A stretch of DNA of 64,000 nt from a virus (IMGVR_UViG_3300029288_004596:64001-128000); one strand, 5' to 3'; shown: positions 47,585 through 57,258, numbered from the stretch's first letter. Numbers and translations: made by a program. Notes: generated from the sequence alone by a model not told the origin.

Positions 47585-48088
47585 ATGTTTAGATGTGTAA
47601 AGAGACTGGTGAATGTCCTGAGGACTAAACAGGACTGCAAACGCATCCCTATGTGGGAAGAGGGCTATAGGGCCCTGAAGTTCTTTGGGCTCGAAGATGA
47701 ACTACACATCTGTCAACTTGATGGTTTTGCATACTATCACTCTTATAAGGAAGAGAAACCATATATCCAGGTGCCAAACTCATACCACTTGTATGACGCT
47801 GTAATGACCCTGCAAGCATCCTCAATACATAGCGGTATGCCAGCAATAATACTCATAAGACTGGCAATACTGCATGAGATCTGTCACCATCTACTAAGTA
47901 AGGCTGAAGAAGTTATGGGGTATGAGTTAGACAGGTCATTGCCCTATGACCCAGTCCTAACACCTCTTAGTCAGTATGTTCCTTTTCTGATAAATGAGTT
48001 GCACTTCAGGAAAGAAGTAGAAGCCGCAGCTTATGAGTTGTCTACTAAGTATGTAGAAGAATACCTTGCATATATGGCAGGGTATTAG
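47585..48088 (+). CDS. HEXXH metallopeptidase-like protein
   Basis: AILHEICHH...EVEAAAY. Confidence 0.6.
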   Translation: MFRCVKRLVNVLRTKQDCKRIPMWEEGYRALKFFGLEDELHICQLDGFAYYHSYKEEKPYIQVPNSYHLYDAVMTLQASSIHSGMPAIILIRLAILHEICHHLLSKAEEVMGYELDRSLPYDPVLTPLSQYVPFLINELHFRKEVEAAAYELSTKYVEEYLAYMAGY

Positions 48089-48107
48089 TTCCTCTAAGGA
48101 GGATGCC

Positions 48108-48287
48108 ATGAATGTCTTCTTCCTGCAAACAAAGGAGGGGTTCCTGAGGATCACCCTCCTCTACCTAGGGCTCTGGCTTATCGAGTCGGAGCCCTCTTCA
48201 GGTTCAGGCTACACCGTGGACTTGGAGGGTTTATTCTCACTACTAAAGGAGTCGTGTATGTATAGACTCAGAGGACTATATCAATGA
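48108..48287 (+). CDS. hypothetical protein
   Basis: AAGGAGG RBS before MNVFF. Confidence 0.4.
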   Translation: MNVFFLQTKEGFLRITLLYLGLWLIESEPSSGSGYTVDLEGLFSLLKESCMYRLRGLYQ

Positions 48288-48431
48288 GGGGCTGTTGGTC
48301 CCTGTTAGTTTACTTACTTATATGGGGAACTCCATTGGACTGGAGTGTATTTGTGGATCTGTTCTACCCCAGGGGCGGATACCGTTTAGGGCTGGTTACT
48401 AGTCTTGCTAGTATACCAGAGGAGTGCTGAA

Positions 48432-48821
48432 ATGAAACTTATAATTGCAGGCAGTCGAGAGATCACTGAGTACGAGTTGCTCTCTAAGATCATGGTCTCC
48501 TATATGATTAGGAAAGGTTGTCTTATCAAGGAAGTAGTCTCTGGAACTGCTAAGGGAATAGATACTCTTGGTGAAAGATGGGCCCAGGAAAACTCTATCC
48601 CTGTTAAGAGATTCCCTGCTGATTGGAATAGATTTGGCAGGGCAGCTGGCTTTAAGAGGAATGAGGTTATGGGTGACTACGCTGATGAAGCTGTAGTCAT
48701 CATCCTCAATCACAGCAGAGGTTCTGAGCATATGGCTCAGTGTATGAAGACCCTTGGCAAGAGAGTTTCTGTCTGTGATGTGGTTATTAAAGATGGCAAG
48801 TACAGGTGCTCTTGGAGGTAG
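48432..48821 (+). CDS. SLOG-family (YspA/DUF2493-like) protein
   Basis: KLIIAGSR, VVSGTAKGIDTLGERWA, FPADW..GRAAG.KRN. Confidence 0.85.
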   Translation: MKLIIAGSREITEYELLSKIMVSYMIRKGCLIKEVVSGTAKGIDTLGERWAQENSIPVKRFPADWNRFGRAAGFKRNEVMGDYADEAVVIILNHSRGSEHMAQCMKTLGKRVSVCDVVIKDGKYRCSWR

Positions 48822-48838
48822 TAGTACAGGCTGTACTA
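48822..48838. repeat. dispersed palindrome TAGTACAGGCTGTACTA
   Basis: Perfect arms; right after the stop codon of the SLOG gene. Confidence 0.8.
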
Positions 48839-48995
48839 AGTGCTGCTCTTCCAGTATTTGTTTGCTTATTTGTTTGGGGATACCCTTTTTCTGGGTTAGC
48901 CTCAAAAGATGACTTTTTTACATGGTCATGTAGACCTATTTGTTTGGCTATTTGTTTGATAACTGAAATAAACTACTATATAAAGGAGTTATACA

Positions 48996-49205
48996 ATGAA
49001 TAACAAGGAAATCTGCCTTAAAGCCCTGGGTATTCTGGAGAATATCAGGGAAAACCTGGTAAACCTGAACTACTCTGAGGTAGTCTCAGGCCTTATCACC
49101 ATGAACTCTTATTCTAATGGGTGGCTGGACCTCCTCAACTGTGAAGTCCCTGACATATTAGCAGCTATCCATGCTACTATCACTAGGATAAGGAAGTCCC
49201 TTTAG
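48996..49205 (+). CDS. hypothetical protein
   Basis: AAAGGAG RBS. Confidence 0.55.
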   Translation: MNNKEICLKALGILENIRENLVNLNYSEVVSGLITMNSYSNGWLDLLNCEVPDILAAIHATITRIRKSL

Positions 49206-49573
49206 TGAACTTGTGTCAGGGATATGTTCCTTGATGCAAAATTCTCCATGGGAAAGTAACGGACCTCCTTTATGAGTTTCTTAAGAACTTGTGGAGGAGG
49301 ACATAGACCACTTATCAGGCGCCTTCGGCGCCCCTATTAGTCTATAGCCATAAGGTGGTGGAGGGAGAGGGAATTGAGAGTGTAGGAGTGGTCCACGGCA
49401 ATTCCCAGTGGATTTCTTAATTTCTTGTGCTTCTCCCTCTCCTTATGGTTTTTTGGGGAGAACTTCCTCCTCTCGTGCTTAACTAGAGGTGAGAGTGAAC
49501 TGACTCTTCCTCTCCCTATGTGTTCATCTGTTATGTGTTTCTTGTGCATGGTGTTTACAAAAGGAGGATTGCC

Positions 49574-50902
49574 ATGTATATCCCAGTTAAGAAAATAGAG
49601 ACTCGTGGAGGGGTCTCTACAGAAGAAGTTACTTCCACATCACTTAAAGGGTCTGTCTTTGACGGTCAAGGACAAGACTGTGTTATTAGCTTCTCTCCTA
49701 CTGATATGTTAGGTAGGACTTTTTCCTCTGTGTGTGTCCCTTGGAGTCTTAGAAGATTATCTAAGGGATTTTCTGGTAACTACATTCTCTCGCCCCTTCA
49801 GAGTTCTCTCAATGCTCTGGTAGGTGTTACTGGTCAAGGGGTTTACCCGGCTCTCTACAGGTTCATGGGAGCCTGGTTAGAAGAGATGGTTAGAACTCTT
49901 AACCGTGACCTGGGTCGTCCTAGAAATCCTAGGTCTGGTTCCTTAGTAGCTGTCCCTATGGTGGACTCTGATGTGTTTACCAGTTCCAAGTGGGGTGGCA
50001 AGTTGTCTTCTCTTAATCCCTGGCAGGTTGGGTTTAGTACAGCTGTACTAAATAAACTCAATAACTCCAGGACTAATCCTCATACAGAAGAGGGTTCACT
50101 CATGATTCTCAGCAGATTCCCAACAACTGATGTGGTGGCTGTTGAGATTAAAGAGATTCCTGGTGAGGCCTTCTGCTTGTATGTATGTCCCAACTCCTTC
50201 AGTCTAGGGGATGAGGACAAAGAGTTGCTCTTCCAGGACCTTATCGAGGGTGACTGCGATGGGGATACAGATAACTTCAATGTTGTCTCCAACCCAGCTC
50301 AGTTGCACCAGTCCATTAGTGAGATGAAGAAACAAGTGACCCCCCTTCCCCAGGAGCGGACTCCGCTGACCTGGCTGGACCATGAAGAGGATTCCCCTGA
50401 TGTCATGTCTATTGTCAGGGACAAGATAGAACAGAAGACCTGGATAGGTTCAGTGGCTGTTCTAGCTTACTGTGGATTCGCTGTCCTGGAATCCCAAGAG
50501 ACTAATATCACTCATGCTGAGTGGAGAGAATTTTATACGCATCTTGTTGAGCTGGTCATGGATAAGAAGCACAACAATAAAAGTAATCTGGCGCCCATAT
50601 ATGGTTACCTCAACCGCAGAAGAGGCGTCAGTTATGATATGGCGGCAGCTCAACTGGTAGATAAACCAGAGTTCCTGGCTACCATGACTAAGATGGATAC
50701 CCTGCTCAATGGAGAGTCCATAAGGGAAGTCGCTTCCAGAAACAAGGCGTTCAGGATAATGCACCTGAGCAGAGGAGCCAAGCTACCCCAGAAGTTTATG
50801 ATGGTGTTTGACCTCCTTGAGTCTATTCCTGACTCAGCTAATCCCCTTGAAGATATTGACGTGGTTGACCAGTTCGTGTCTAGTTTAATAAAGGAGGACT
50901 GA
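49574..50902 (+). CDS. reduced RNA polymerase beta'-like subunit (catalytic double-psi beta-barrel)
   Basis: AAGGAGG RBS. RPRNPRSGSLVAVP (cf. GKRVDxSGRxVI), ILSRFPT (cf. NRxPTL) and IEGDCDGD (cf. NADFDGD, at 50249-50266) occur in the canonical order. Confidence 0.75.
   Translation: MYIPVKKIETRGGVSTEEVTSTSLKGSVFDGQGQDCVISFSPTDMLGRTFSSVCVPWSLRRLSKGFSGNYILSPLQSSLNALVGVTGQGVYPALYRFMGAWLEEMVRTLNRDLGRPRNPRSGSLVAVPMVDSDVFTSSKWGGKLSSLNPWQVGFSTAVLNKLNNSRTNPHTEEGSLMILSRFPTTDVVAVEIKEIPGEAFCLYVCPNSFSLGDEDKELLFQDLIEGDCDGDTDNFNVVSNPAQLHQSISEMKKQVTPLPQERTPLTWLDHEEDSPDVMSIVRDKIEQKTWIGSVAVLAYCGFAVLESQETNITHAEWREFYTHLVELVMDKKHNNKSNLAPIYGYLNRRRGVSYDMAAAQLVDKPEFLATMTKMDTLLNGESIREVASRNKAFRIMHLSRGAKLPQKFMMVFDLLESIPDSANPLEDIDVVDQFVSSLIKED
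50033..50052. repeat. dispersed palindrome TTTAGTACAGCTGTACTAAA
   Basis: Perfect 20-bp copy; inside the beta'-like RNAP gene. Confidence 0.8.
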
Positions 50903-50903
50903 C

Positions 50904-52985
50904 ATGGAATTTAGGATTAAGAAAGTTAACGGAGAAGTTTTCCTTGGCGTTGAGAACCAGGGAAAAGAATATTATTCTAGGATACCTAAGGACAAGGATG
51001 GAATCGTCCTGCCTTCAGGGTCTATACCCATCTTTCGTAAGTGCGTCCTCATTGAGTATGAGGATCTCACTCCCACAGTTACCTTCTTTGGGTCAGTCGA
51101 GAAGTATCTGCTTCACAGAGTGACTGCCCCTGAGTTGCAGGGATACATAGCTAAGATAGTATCCAAGGGTAAGAAGACTGAGATTGAATCCCTTCTCAGA
51201 GGGTTGATACTTAGAGGTCTTAACGACCTTTATAAGTGTCCCACGGAGTGGGAGGAGCCGGGGACAGACTTCGAGGCTACCTCCCAGAGGTGCGCTTATA
51301 AACTATTAGATAGCAAGTTACCAATACCTCCGCGTGGCAAATACATGGCGGACGTAGTCACTGCCCATCGCATGATATTCTTGAAGTATCTGGAATCCAT
51401 AGGTGTTTCTAGGATGATGGCTACTGCCCCGGGTAATCCTGGCACAGTAGCTGATTGGTGCGCTAAGGACACTGGAATGCCAGTGTATTTGAATGTCCAG
51501 CCACTGGCGAAATACTATCATCCTAAGAGATGGTCCATTGCTAGAGGTCTTACCCATCTGGTGTCCATCAAAGGCAAGGATGACCCCCTTGTCAAGGTCC
51601 TAGAGGCGGAGGGTTATAGTCTTCCTCCCATGGCGAACGCCAACGTTATCTGTCCTGATATGGGGTTAGATGACGCAGTCATAGTATCTGAGTCCTTTGC
51701 AAAGAAACTCCAGACTGCGTATGACGAAGTGCATACGCACACTCTGGATAATCTTATAAACTGTCGAGCTGGAAGAAAGTTAGTCCGCTCCCAGACAGGG
51801 ATGAAGATACCTGGTTATTTCAGGTCTCTATCTGCTGACCTGCATTCAGATTGCAGAGAGATATGGATAGAGAAGCACGGGTCTAAGTGTCCAGCCATGA
51901 TTAATAGAAAGGAACAGTTCCTGAAGTCTCACACTGAGGCGGAGTGGGAACTTAACCATGGAGACCAAAGTCCTGAAGCATGGCACAAGTATAGCCTATG
52001 GCTGAAGAACTTCCAGCCATTCCATAACTATAAGCAGAGGTGGAATCCTCTGAACCAGCCAGTCAGGCGGAGGTTCGTTGACCGCATTGACAGGTTGGTA
52101 GTTGAGAGTGAGGGCGGTCGTTCCGTCCTCTACAAGGAATACCATGGGATAACAAAGAAGCCTCTCATGGATGGAGACAAACTTCAATCAGAGGCTGACT
52201 TGTTTAAGGGAGTGTGCAAGATACTCCCGGACGAGTCAATGCCTCTCATCAGATATAATGACAATACTATAGTCAGAGCTGATATAGTGGCTGACATGGG
52301 GAATAGCACTAAGAAGCACAGTTCTCTGAAGCTAGCTCATCTGACTCTGGTTACCAATAAGGTATGCCAGGGTCTGACAATGACATGTGTCAACCCACTA
52401 GCTCATGCGACTACCAAGTATCTTGAGAGGAGACAGTTCTTAGAGGAGACCCTTGAGTCTTTTGAGGAACTCATAGCTGACCATTTGCAGACAGTTGATG
52501 TGGATGACCCCTGTTCCTCTGAGGAACTGGACTTTATCCATGGGGTAAGTTCCCAAGTTAATATACTGAGAGATGACATTAAGTCTCTCATAGATTGGCT
52601 ACCTGAAAGACAACCCAGTTCCCTAGTCAAGAGAGCTATGTCTTCAGGGATATACTTTGATGAGTCTCTCACCTGTGAAATGATAAGTCCCGATGGTTCT
52701 CACCTAGGGTGTTTCCCAGCAGGAATCATCCGGGTTGGGAGACACAGACAGGATTCCCAGGTTGTAGGTGGAGTTGTTGGAGACCTAGGCAAGAAGCCTA
52801 GGAAGAACAACTTGAAGAACAGCGGCAAGAGGGATGGCTTCGTTGAGACAGTCATCCAGAAATCCTTCGGCTTTATAGATGCCGCTAAGGAGTTAAGGAG
52901 AACTGATCCCAAGGCGGCGGCTAAGGCCAGAGACCTAGCCAAGGTGTTCTCCACATCAGTTCCACTGTATACTGAGGCTGAGTAG
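50904..52985 (+). CDS. reduced RNA polymerase beta-like subunit
   Basis: GLDDAVIVSESFA (cf. NxEDAxxxS), DGDKLQSEADLFKGVCKILPDESMP (cf. GDKxxxRHGxKGVxxxxxxxEDMP), ADIV, GRHRQD (cf. LxHxVDDK) and SGKRDGFVE (cf. GGxRFGEME). Confidence 0.8.
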   Translation: MEFRIKKVNGEVFLGVENQGKEYYSRIPKDKDGIVLPSGSIPIFRKCVLIEYEDLTPTVTFFGSVEKYLLHRVTAPELQGYIAKIVSKGKKTEIESLLRGLILRGLNDLYKCPTEWEEPGTDFEATSQRCAYKLLDSKLPIPPRGKYMADVVTAHRMIFLKYLESIGVSRMMATAPGNPGTVADWCAKDTGMPVYLNVQPLAKYYHPKRWSIARGLTHLVSIKGKDDPLVKVLEAEGYSLPPMANANVICPDMGLDDAVIVSESFAKKLQTAYDEVHTHTLDNLINCRAGRKLVRSQTGMKIPGYFRSLSADLHSDCREIWIEKHGSKCPAMINRKEQFLKSHTEAEWELNHGDQSPEAWHKYSLWLKNFQPFHNYKQRWNPLNQPVRRRFVDRIDRLVVESEGGRSVLYKEYHGITKKPLMDGDKLQSEADLFKGVCKILPDESMPLIRYNDNTIVRADIVADMGNSTKKHSSLKLAHLTLVTNKVCQGLTMTCVNPLAHATTKYLERRQFLEETLESFEELIADHLQTVDVDDPCSSEELDFIHGVSSQVNILRDDIKSLIDWLPERQPSSLVKRAMSSGIYFDESLTCEMISPDGSHLGCFPAGIIRVGRHRQDSQVVGGVVGDLGKKPRKNNLKNSGKRDGFVETVIQKSFGFIDAAKELRRTDPKAAAKARDLAKVFSTSVPLYTEAE

Positions 52986-53105
52986 TCTACTTCCTTTCTC
53001 TTTCTATGGTGTCCCACAGAGGGATCCACGGCAGGGTGAGTCCGCAGACTGAAACTCGGTCCACCCAAGAGGGGCAAGCTCCATCGAGGAGCTACCCCTT
53101 TTTTA

Positions 53106-53149
53106 CACTCGGAGAGTTCCTTGGAACTCTGCGCGCACTCGGAGAGTTC
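53106..53149 (+). repeat. 14-bp direct repeat CACTCGGAGAGTTC (two copies)
   Basis: Copies at 53106 and 53136, in the intergenic region after the RNAP genes. Confidence 0.6.
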
Positions 53150-53169
53150 TCTCCAGATAAGGAGTTGAC

Positions 53170-53448
53170 ATGGAAACGGAACCCATTCATCCATATGAAA
53201 AGATGAAACTGATAGCTGAGGCTTTGATGTTTCATCCTAGAGATAGGAAAGTCACTATCCTGGGAGAAGAAGCCAAGGTGGAATACACTGGCGATCCTGA
53301 CACCTTGAGGTCCCTGAGTTTTCAGGGTTACGTGGCTATTCAGGGCCATAACCCCTTTTGTGTGAGAGTCTTCACTCCCATCAATCGCAGATTCTATGTG
53401 GAGTATGACCCAGACAAAGATTCTTTCCGGGTGTCCCCAGCCGATTAG
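53170..53448 (+). CDS. hypothetical protein
   Basis: AAGGAG RBS. Confidence 0.6.
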   Translation: METEPIHPYEKMKLIAEALMFHPRDRKVTILGEEAKVEYTGDPDTLRSLSFQGYVAIQGHNPFCVRVFTPINRRFYVEYDPDKDSFRVSPAD

Positions 53449-53456
53449 AGAAAGGG

Positions 53457-53873
53457 GTGTCACTAATGAAAGTATTCAGACCGCAATCCTATAAGCACAC
53501 TTCTTATGGTCTGGATGGCATTGAGTTGCCCTCCGGGCATGGGGAGTCTGTCACTATCAAGGGTTACGTCCTTAAAGACAGGGATGGAAATCTTGTCACT
53601 ATAGAAGTGTATGAAGATGACAGCATGCCTATCATCTCCTTTATGTCAGTTACTTACAGCGGAGTAGTTGAACCGGAACAAGGCAATCCTGTTGTAGCTT
53701 TGGCTAACGGGAGCGCCTGGTCTGGCGGCAGAAACTACACAGGTTTTCTTGTAGGTAGACTGGGAGATAGGGTCTGCTTTTCCCGCAAGGGTGATAGGAC
53801 TAGGTATGAGGTTACTGAGAACGGATGGGAGGAACTTCCACCCATGCCCAGTGGCAATGCAGTTATTTACTAG
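53457..53873 (+). CDS. hypothetical protein
   Basis: ORF in the operon; start at 53457 or 53466. Confidence 0.55.
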   Translation: MSLMKVFRPQSYKHTSYGLDGIELPSGHGESVTIKGYVLKDRDGNLVTIEVYEDDSMPIISFMSVTYSGVVEPEQGNPVVALANGSAWSGGRNYTGFLVGRLGDRVCFSRKGDRTRYEVTENGWEELPPMPSGNAVIY

Positions 53874-54007
53874 CGCTCTTTGACCACACTTAGTGGACTG
53901 CCCTTCCCGTCCAGCAGTCTACTAACCTTTTCTCTTTGGACGAGCGTCCCGCTGACCGTCGAATCTCAAAGCATACTATATTTCAGCGGGGCAAGAGAGG
54001 TGTTACG

Positions 54008-54541
54008 ATGGCTAAGAAAGTGTTGCTGGAATCAGCGGATGTTGCTGAGACTTCAGCAGAACAGGTGACTGAGGCTATAGCTGAAGTTGTTGTGTCGGCT
54101 CCAGTCAAGAATCTTCCCCAGACAATGGGTGAACTGGATTGGTTCACCGCCCCTCCAGCGGGTGGTGGAAGAGAAGCTTGGCTCAACGAGAACTCTGACT
54201 TTAAGGCGGAGAATGAGCTTGGGACCTTCTGGTTCCGCGTTCAGCCTGACAGACAGGCCTTCAGCTGTAACGTAGACTTAGCGTGTGGAATCAAATTGTC
54301 TGATCTATACGTTAAGAAAACTCCAGGTGGCTTTTACTGGGCCCTTGGAGACCAGGCTTCCTTCAAGTCCTTTGAAGATGGAACCGAGTTTAGAACGGAG
54401 AACTATCTTCAGAAGCGGCTTGTCCCAGCGACAGCTGATGGTAGCAAGCCTGAGAGGGAAGTGCCAGCCATTCTGTGGAATGTGTCCGCTTTCATAAGGG
54501 ATGTGTTAATCCCCATGGGAGCTGAGGCGCGCAAACTCTAG
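54008..54541 (+). CDS. hypothetical protein
   Basis: GAGG RBS before MAKKV; followed by the hairpin ACCCGCC-TTCAT-GGCGGGT. Confidence 0.6.
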   Translation: MAKKVLLESADVAETSAEQVTEAIAEVVVSAPVKNLPQTMGELDWFTAPPAGGGREAWLNENSDFKAENELGTFWFRVQPDRQAFSCNVDLACGIKLSDLYVKKTPGGFYWALGDQASFKSFEDGTEFRTENYLQKRLVPATADGSKPEREVPAILWNVSAFIRDVLIPMGAEARKL

Positions 54542-54712
54542 CAAATGACCCGCCTTCATGGCGGGTTACCCCTTTGAATAACTCCCCACATCCATGGGTT
54601 TACTCCTTTTTCCCATGGATGCGTTATACTATACTGGGCGTAGCCCAAACTGCGCCTTATTTGGGGTAGGAAACTACCCCACTTTTTTAAACCTGTGGGT
54701 TCGGGAGGACGT

Positions 54713-55039
54713 ATGTCAGTAGCAAAAAGATTTGGCAGAGCTCTTGGTTCTGCAAGTTCTATGAAAGTAAAAGAGTTAGGTCCAGGGGCTGTTAATTTAT
54801 TAGGTTCTCTGGCAGATTCTGTTAATAAAGTCAAGGAAGATTTCCTTGAGGGATACAGAGTATCCAAACCAGTGTCTGTTATGGCTGGAGCAAACCACAG
54901 AGATGTGGAGTTGTTCTTCCAGACTATGGAGAAGTATAAAGACTCTGAGGAGTTGGAACAGAGGCTCCAGTTTCTGGCTGAAGCGGTTGGGTTTACTCCA
55001 GAGCAAGTGGAATTCTTAAAATCCATAGAGGAGGACTAG
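54713..55039 (+). CDS. hypothetical protein
   Basis: GGAGG RBS before MSVAK. Confidence 0.6.
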   Translation: MSVAKRFGRALGSASSMKVKELGPGAVNLLGSLADSVNKVKEDFLEGYRVSKPVSVMAGANHRDVELFFQTMEKYKDSEELEQRLQFLAEAVGFTPEQVEFLKSIEED

Positions 55040-55041
55040 CT

Positions 55042-55308
55042 ATGGAGACAGTGTCTATATGTATTACTGTTCGCGGTAAACTTGTTCCTTTTCGTGGTCT
55101 GGCTGGGACTAAGGAACACCCTATAGAGTTGTCAGACTCTACTTATAGAGTTCATCCATATGATAGATTATATGAGGTGAAGATGGCTGATGTTGATTCC
55201 TACGTCCAGTGGAATGGAATGGGTCCATTCATCCTAGACAGGATCACTCTTGTCATGGATGAAGGCTACGATAAGAACGTCATTACTATTGAGGGGCATG
55301 GATTATGA
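55042..55308 (+). CDS. hypothetical protein
   Basis: Coupled to the previous gene; GAGG RBS. Confidence 0.55.
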   Translation: METVSICITVRGKLVPFRGLAGTKEHPIELSDSTYRVHPYDRLYEVKMADVDSYVQWNGMGPFILDRITLVMDEGYDKNVITIEGHGL

Positions 55309-55435
55309 ACTACAAGGGACTCATAGGTAGTTCTGTCTAGTTGTCCTGAGGATATCTACGGGTTCATTTATAAGTTTCCTCAGCATGTGAGGCATGAATA
55401 TTATAATAATGCTCTTAGGATTTATAAGGAGATTA

Positions 55436-56032
55436 ATGGTGAAAATTTATACTGATGGCGGATACTCCCACTCTCAAGACATGGGGGCTTGGGCCTACGT
55501 TACTGAGGATGAGAAGTTTGCTTCTGGCGTTGTTGTTAGGGCTGCTAGTCATAACATAGACTGTGAACTTTTTGCTATAGTCACTGCCCTGAATACTTAT
55601 CCGGATGCTGATATTTATACTGACCTTCAGGGAGCGGTCAAGTGGGCCACTGGGGAGTGGAAGACTGCCACTCCAGTCACTCAGTCCTATAAGAATCTAG
55701 TAGCCAGTAGGGCTAGCCAGATTCACTGGATCAAAGGACACAGTGGGGATATTCTTGGAGAGGCGGCCCATAGACTAGTCCAGAAAGTTTTGTCTGGACA
55801 AAAGGAACCCACTTCCAAGGTGGATGTGGCTGAGTGTATTCCAACTAGATACTCCAGACTGAAGGCTATAGTGGAGTTCATGGCTTTTGCTGATATTCAT
55901 ATTAAGAAGCCAGACTATGATATCCTTGAGTGGCTGGCTGACTATGGCATGGATGCTGACTGTGCTACGAAGGAGTCTGTTCCTGAGGAAAGTGAACTGA
56001 TACTTGAGCTGGCTGAACTTGTAAAGGGCTAG
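55436..56032 (+). CDS. ribonuclease H (RNase HI family)
   Basis: KIYTDGG, GAWAY, N..CELFAI..AL, IYTD and WIKGHSG. Confidence 0.85.
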   Translation: MVKIYTDGGYSHSQDMGAWAYVTEDEKFASGVVVRAASHNIDCELFAIVTALNTYPDADIYTDLQGAVKWATGEWKTATPVTQSYKNLVASRASQIHWIKGHSGDILGEAAHRLVQKVLSGQKEPTSKVDVAECIPTRYSRLKAIVEFMAFADIHIKKPDYDILEWLADYGMDADCATKESVPEESELILELAELVKG

Positions 56033-56042
56033 CTATTAAATT

Positions 56043-56128
56043 TAGCCTTGATATTGTCTGTAGACAATATCAATGGAAAGTACGGTCTGTACTCTCCATT
56101 GGTATTACTTATGGTAATACCAAGGCTA
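56043..56128. repeat. inverted pair of TAGCC-hairpin-TGGA elements around an AGTAC palindrome
   Basis: TAGCC TTGATATTGTC-TGTA-GACAATATCAA TGGA on the plus strand, AGTACGGTCTGTACT in the centre, and TAGCC TTGGTATTAC-CATAA-GTAATACCAA TGGA on the minus strand. Confidence 0.8.
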
Positions 56129-56313
56129 CCTTGTCCTGCTCTCTTAAGGCAAGGCGATTATGGTGGAACTCTGGGTTTCTTAGGGGACTGTCAATAAAGG
56201 GGTCCCCCCCCTGTGGAGGAGGATGATATGTAGTATTGTGTATTCAATAGCATAGAGTTCTGTTAGATCCAATGTGGGCTAGAGAGAGCCTAGCCCAGTA
56301 AACTAGGTGTGTT

Positions 56314-56874
56314 ATGGATGAGTTCAAGAAATTAATAAAAGATAGTGGTCCCCTATATGATCATGCTGCTCTTATATCTATTATCCTGAAGGAGCTATGT
56401 CCTGGCAGGAAACAGGGAGCTACTATTATTCACTCTAAGTCTGAGTTGAAGATGCTGGCGACAGTGTCAGCAAGGAAGGGTCCACTGGTAGTTACTGATG
56501 TCAGGGATCTCAGGACTCTGTATGCTATAGAGCAAGATCTTAGTTATACTCCTGTCCTTAGCGATGACCCTGGAATGTGTGGCCCTACTGAGAGTAGGGT
56601 CCAAGTGGGCATGCAACTTGATAGTAAGGATGCTCACCTTCTTTATTGGATGACCAAGGATTCTTCCTGGTTGCCCATCCCTTGGGGTGTTGATTTCAGG
56701 GCTACATTAGCTAGCCTAGTTAATTATAACCTTATAGGCAACCACTTCCAAGGGTGGAAGAACAGACCTGATCACTTTGAAAGAGGGTGTGTTAACATCC
56801 TTTATAATAAACTGGGTTCTATGTCTGAGGTAGCTAGTCTGCTCAGACATAACATACCATTGGAGGAACTATGA
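56314..56874 (+). CDS. hypothetical protein
   Basis: 186-aa ORF in the operon. Confidence 0.55.
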   Translation: MDEFKKLIKDSGPLYDHAALISIILKELCPGRKQGATIIHSKSELKMLATVSARKGPLVVTDVRDLRTLYAIEQDLSYTPVLSDDPGMCGPTESRVQVGMQLDSKDAHLLYWMTKDSSWLPIPWGVDFRATLASLVNYNLIGNHFQGWKNRPDHFERGCVNILYNKLGSMSEVASLLRHNIPLEEL

Positions 56875-57254
56875 AAGATCTTGTAGCCCTTGAAAAGAGG
56901 ATAAACCTTTTACAGGAGAGACTCGTTAAACTGAGAAGGGAGAAGTTAGAACTCCAGCACGCCAGGATCATGGCCTCTATCTCTGAGGATATAAAGGCTG
57001 TGAGAGAAAAGATATCCAAGCTTGGATACCGACTGGAAGTGGAAGGGGATGACTTGTCAGTGTATGGTTCCCTGGATGCGTCTATTATCACCTTCCATGT
57101 CAGCGCTGTGAATTCTGTTCCCAGAAGATTATCCCTTGAAGATATTGTATATAACAGCATTATCACTGACAAACTTGCTGAGATTGAGGACATGAAGATA
57201 CCTAAGTTGGATGTTATAGAAGCCCTTAGTCTTTTGTCCAAGTGCTTTATCTAA
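56871..57254 (+). CDS. hypothetical protein with an N-terminal coiled coil
   Basis: GGAGG RBS; ATGA overlap with the previous gene. Confidence 0.6.
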   Translation: MKDLVALEKRINLLQERLVKLRREKLELQHARIMASISEDIKAVREKISKLGYRLEVEGDDLSVYGSLDASIITFHVSAVNSVPRRLSLEDIVYNSIITDKLAEIEDMKIPKLDVIEALSLLSKCFI

Positions 57255-57258
57255 ATTT

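Noticed and set aside
48806-49003. small hydrophobic ORF
   Set aside because: Weak start with no clear RBS; not supported well enough to list as a CDS.
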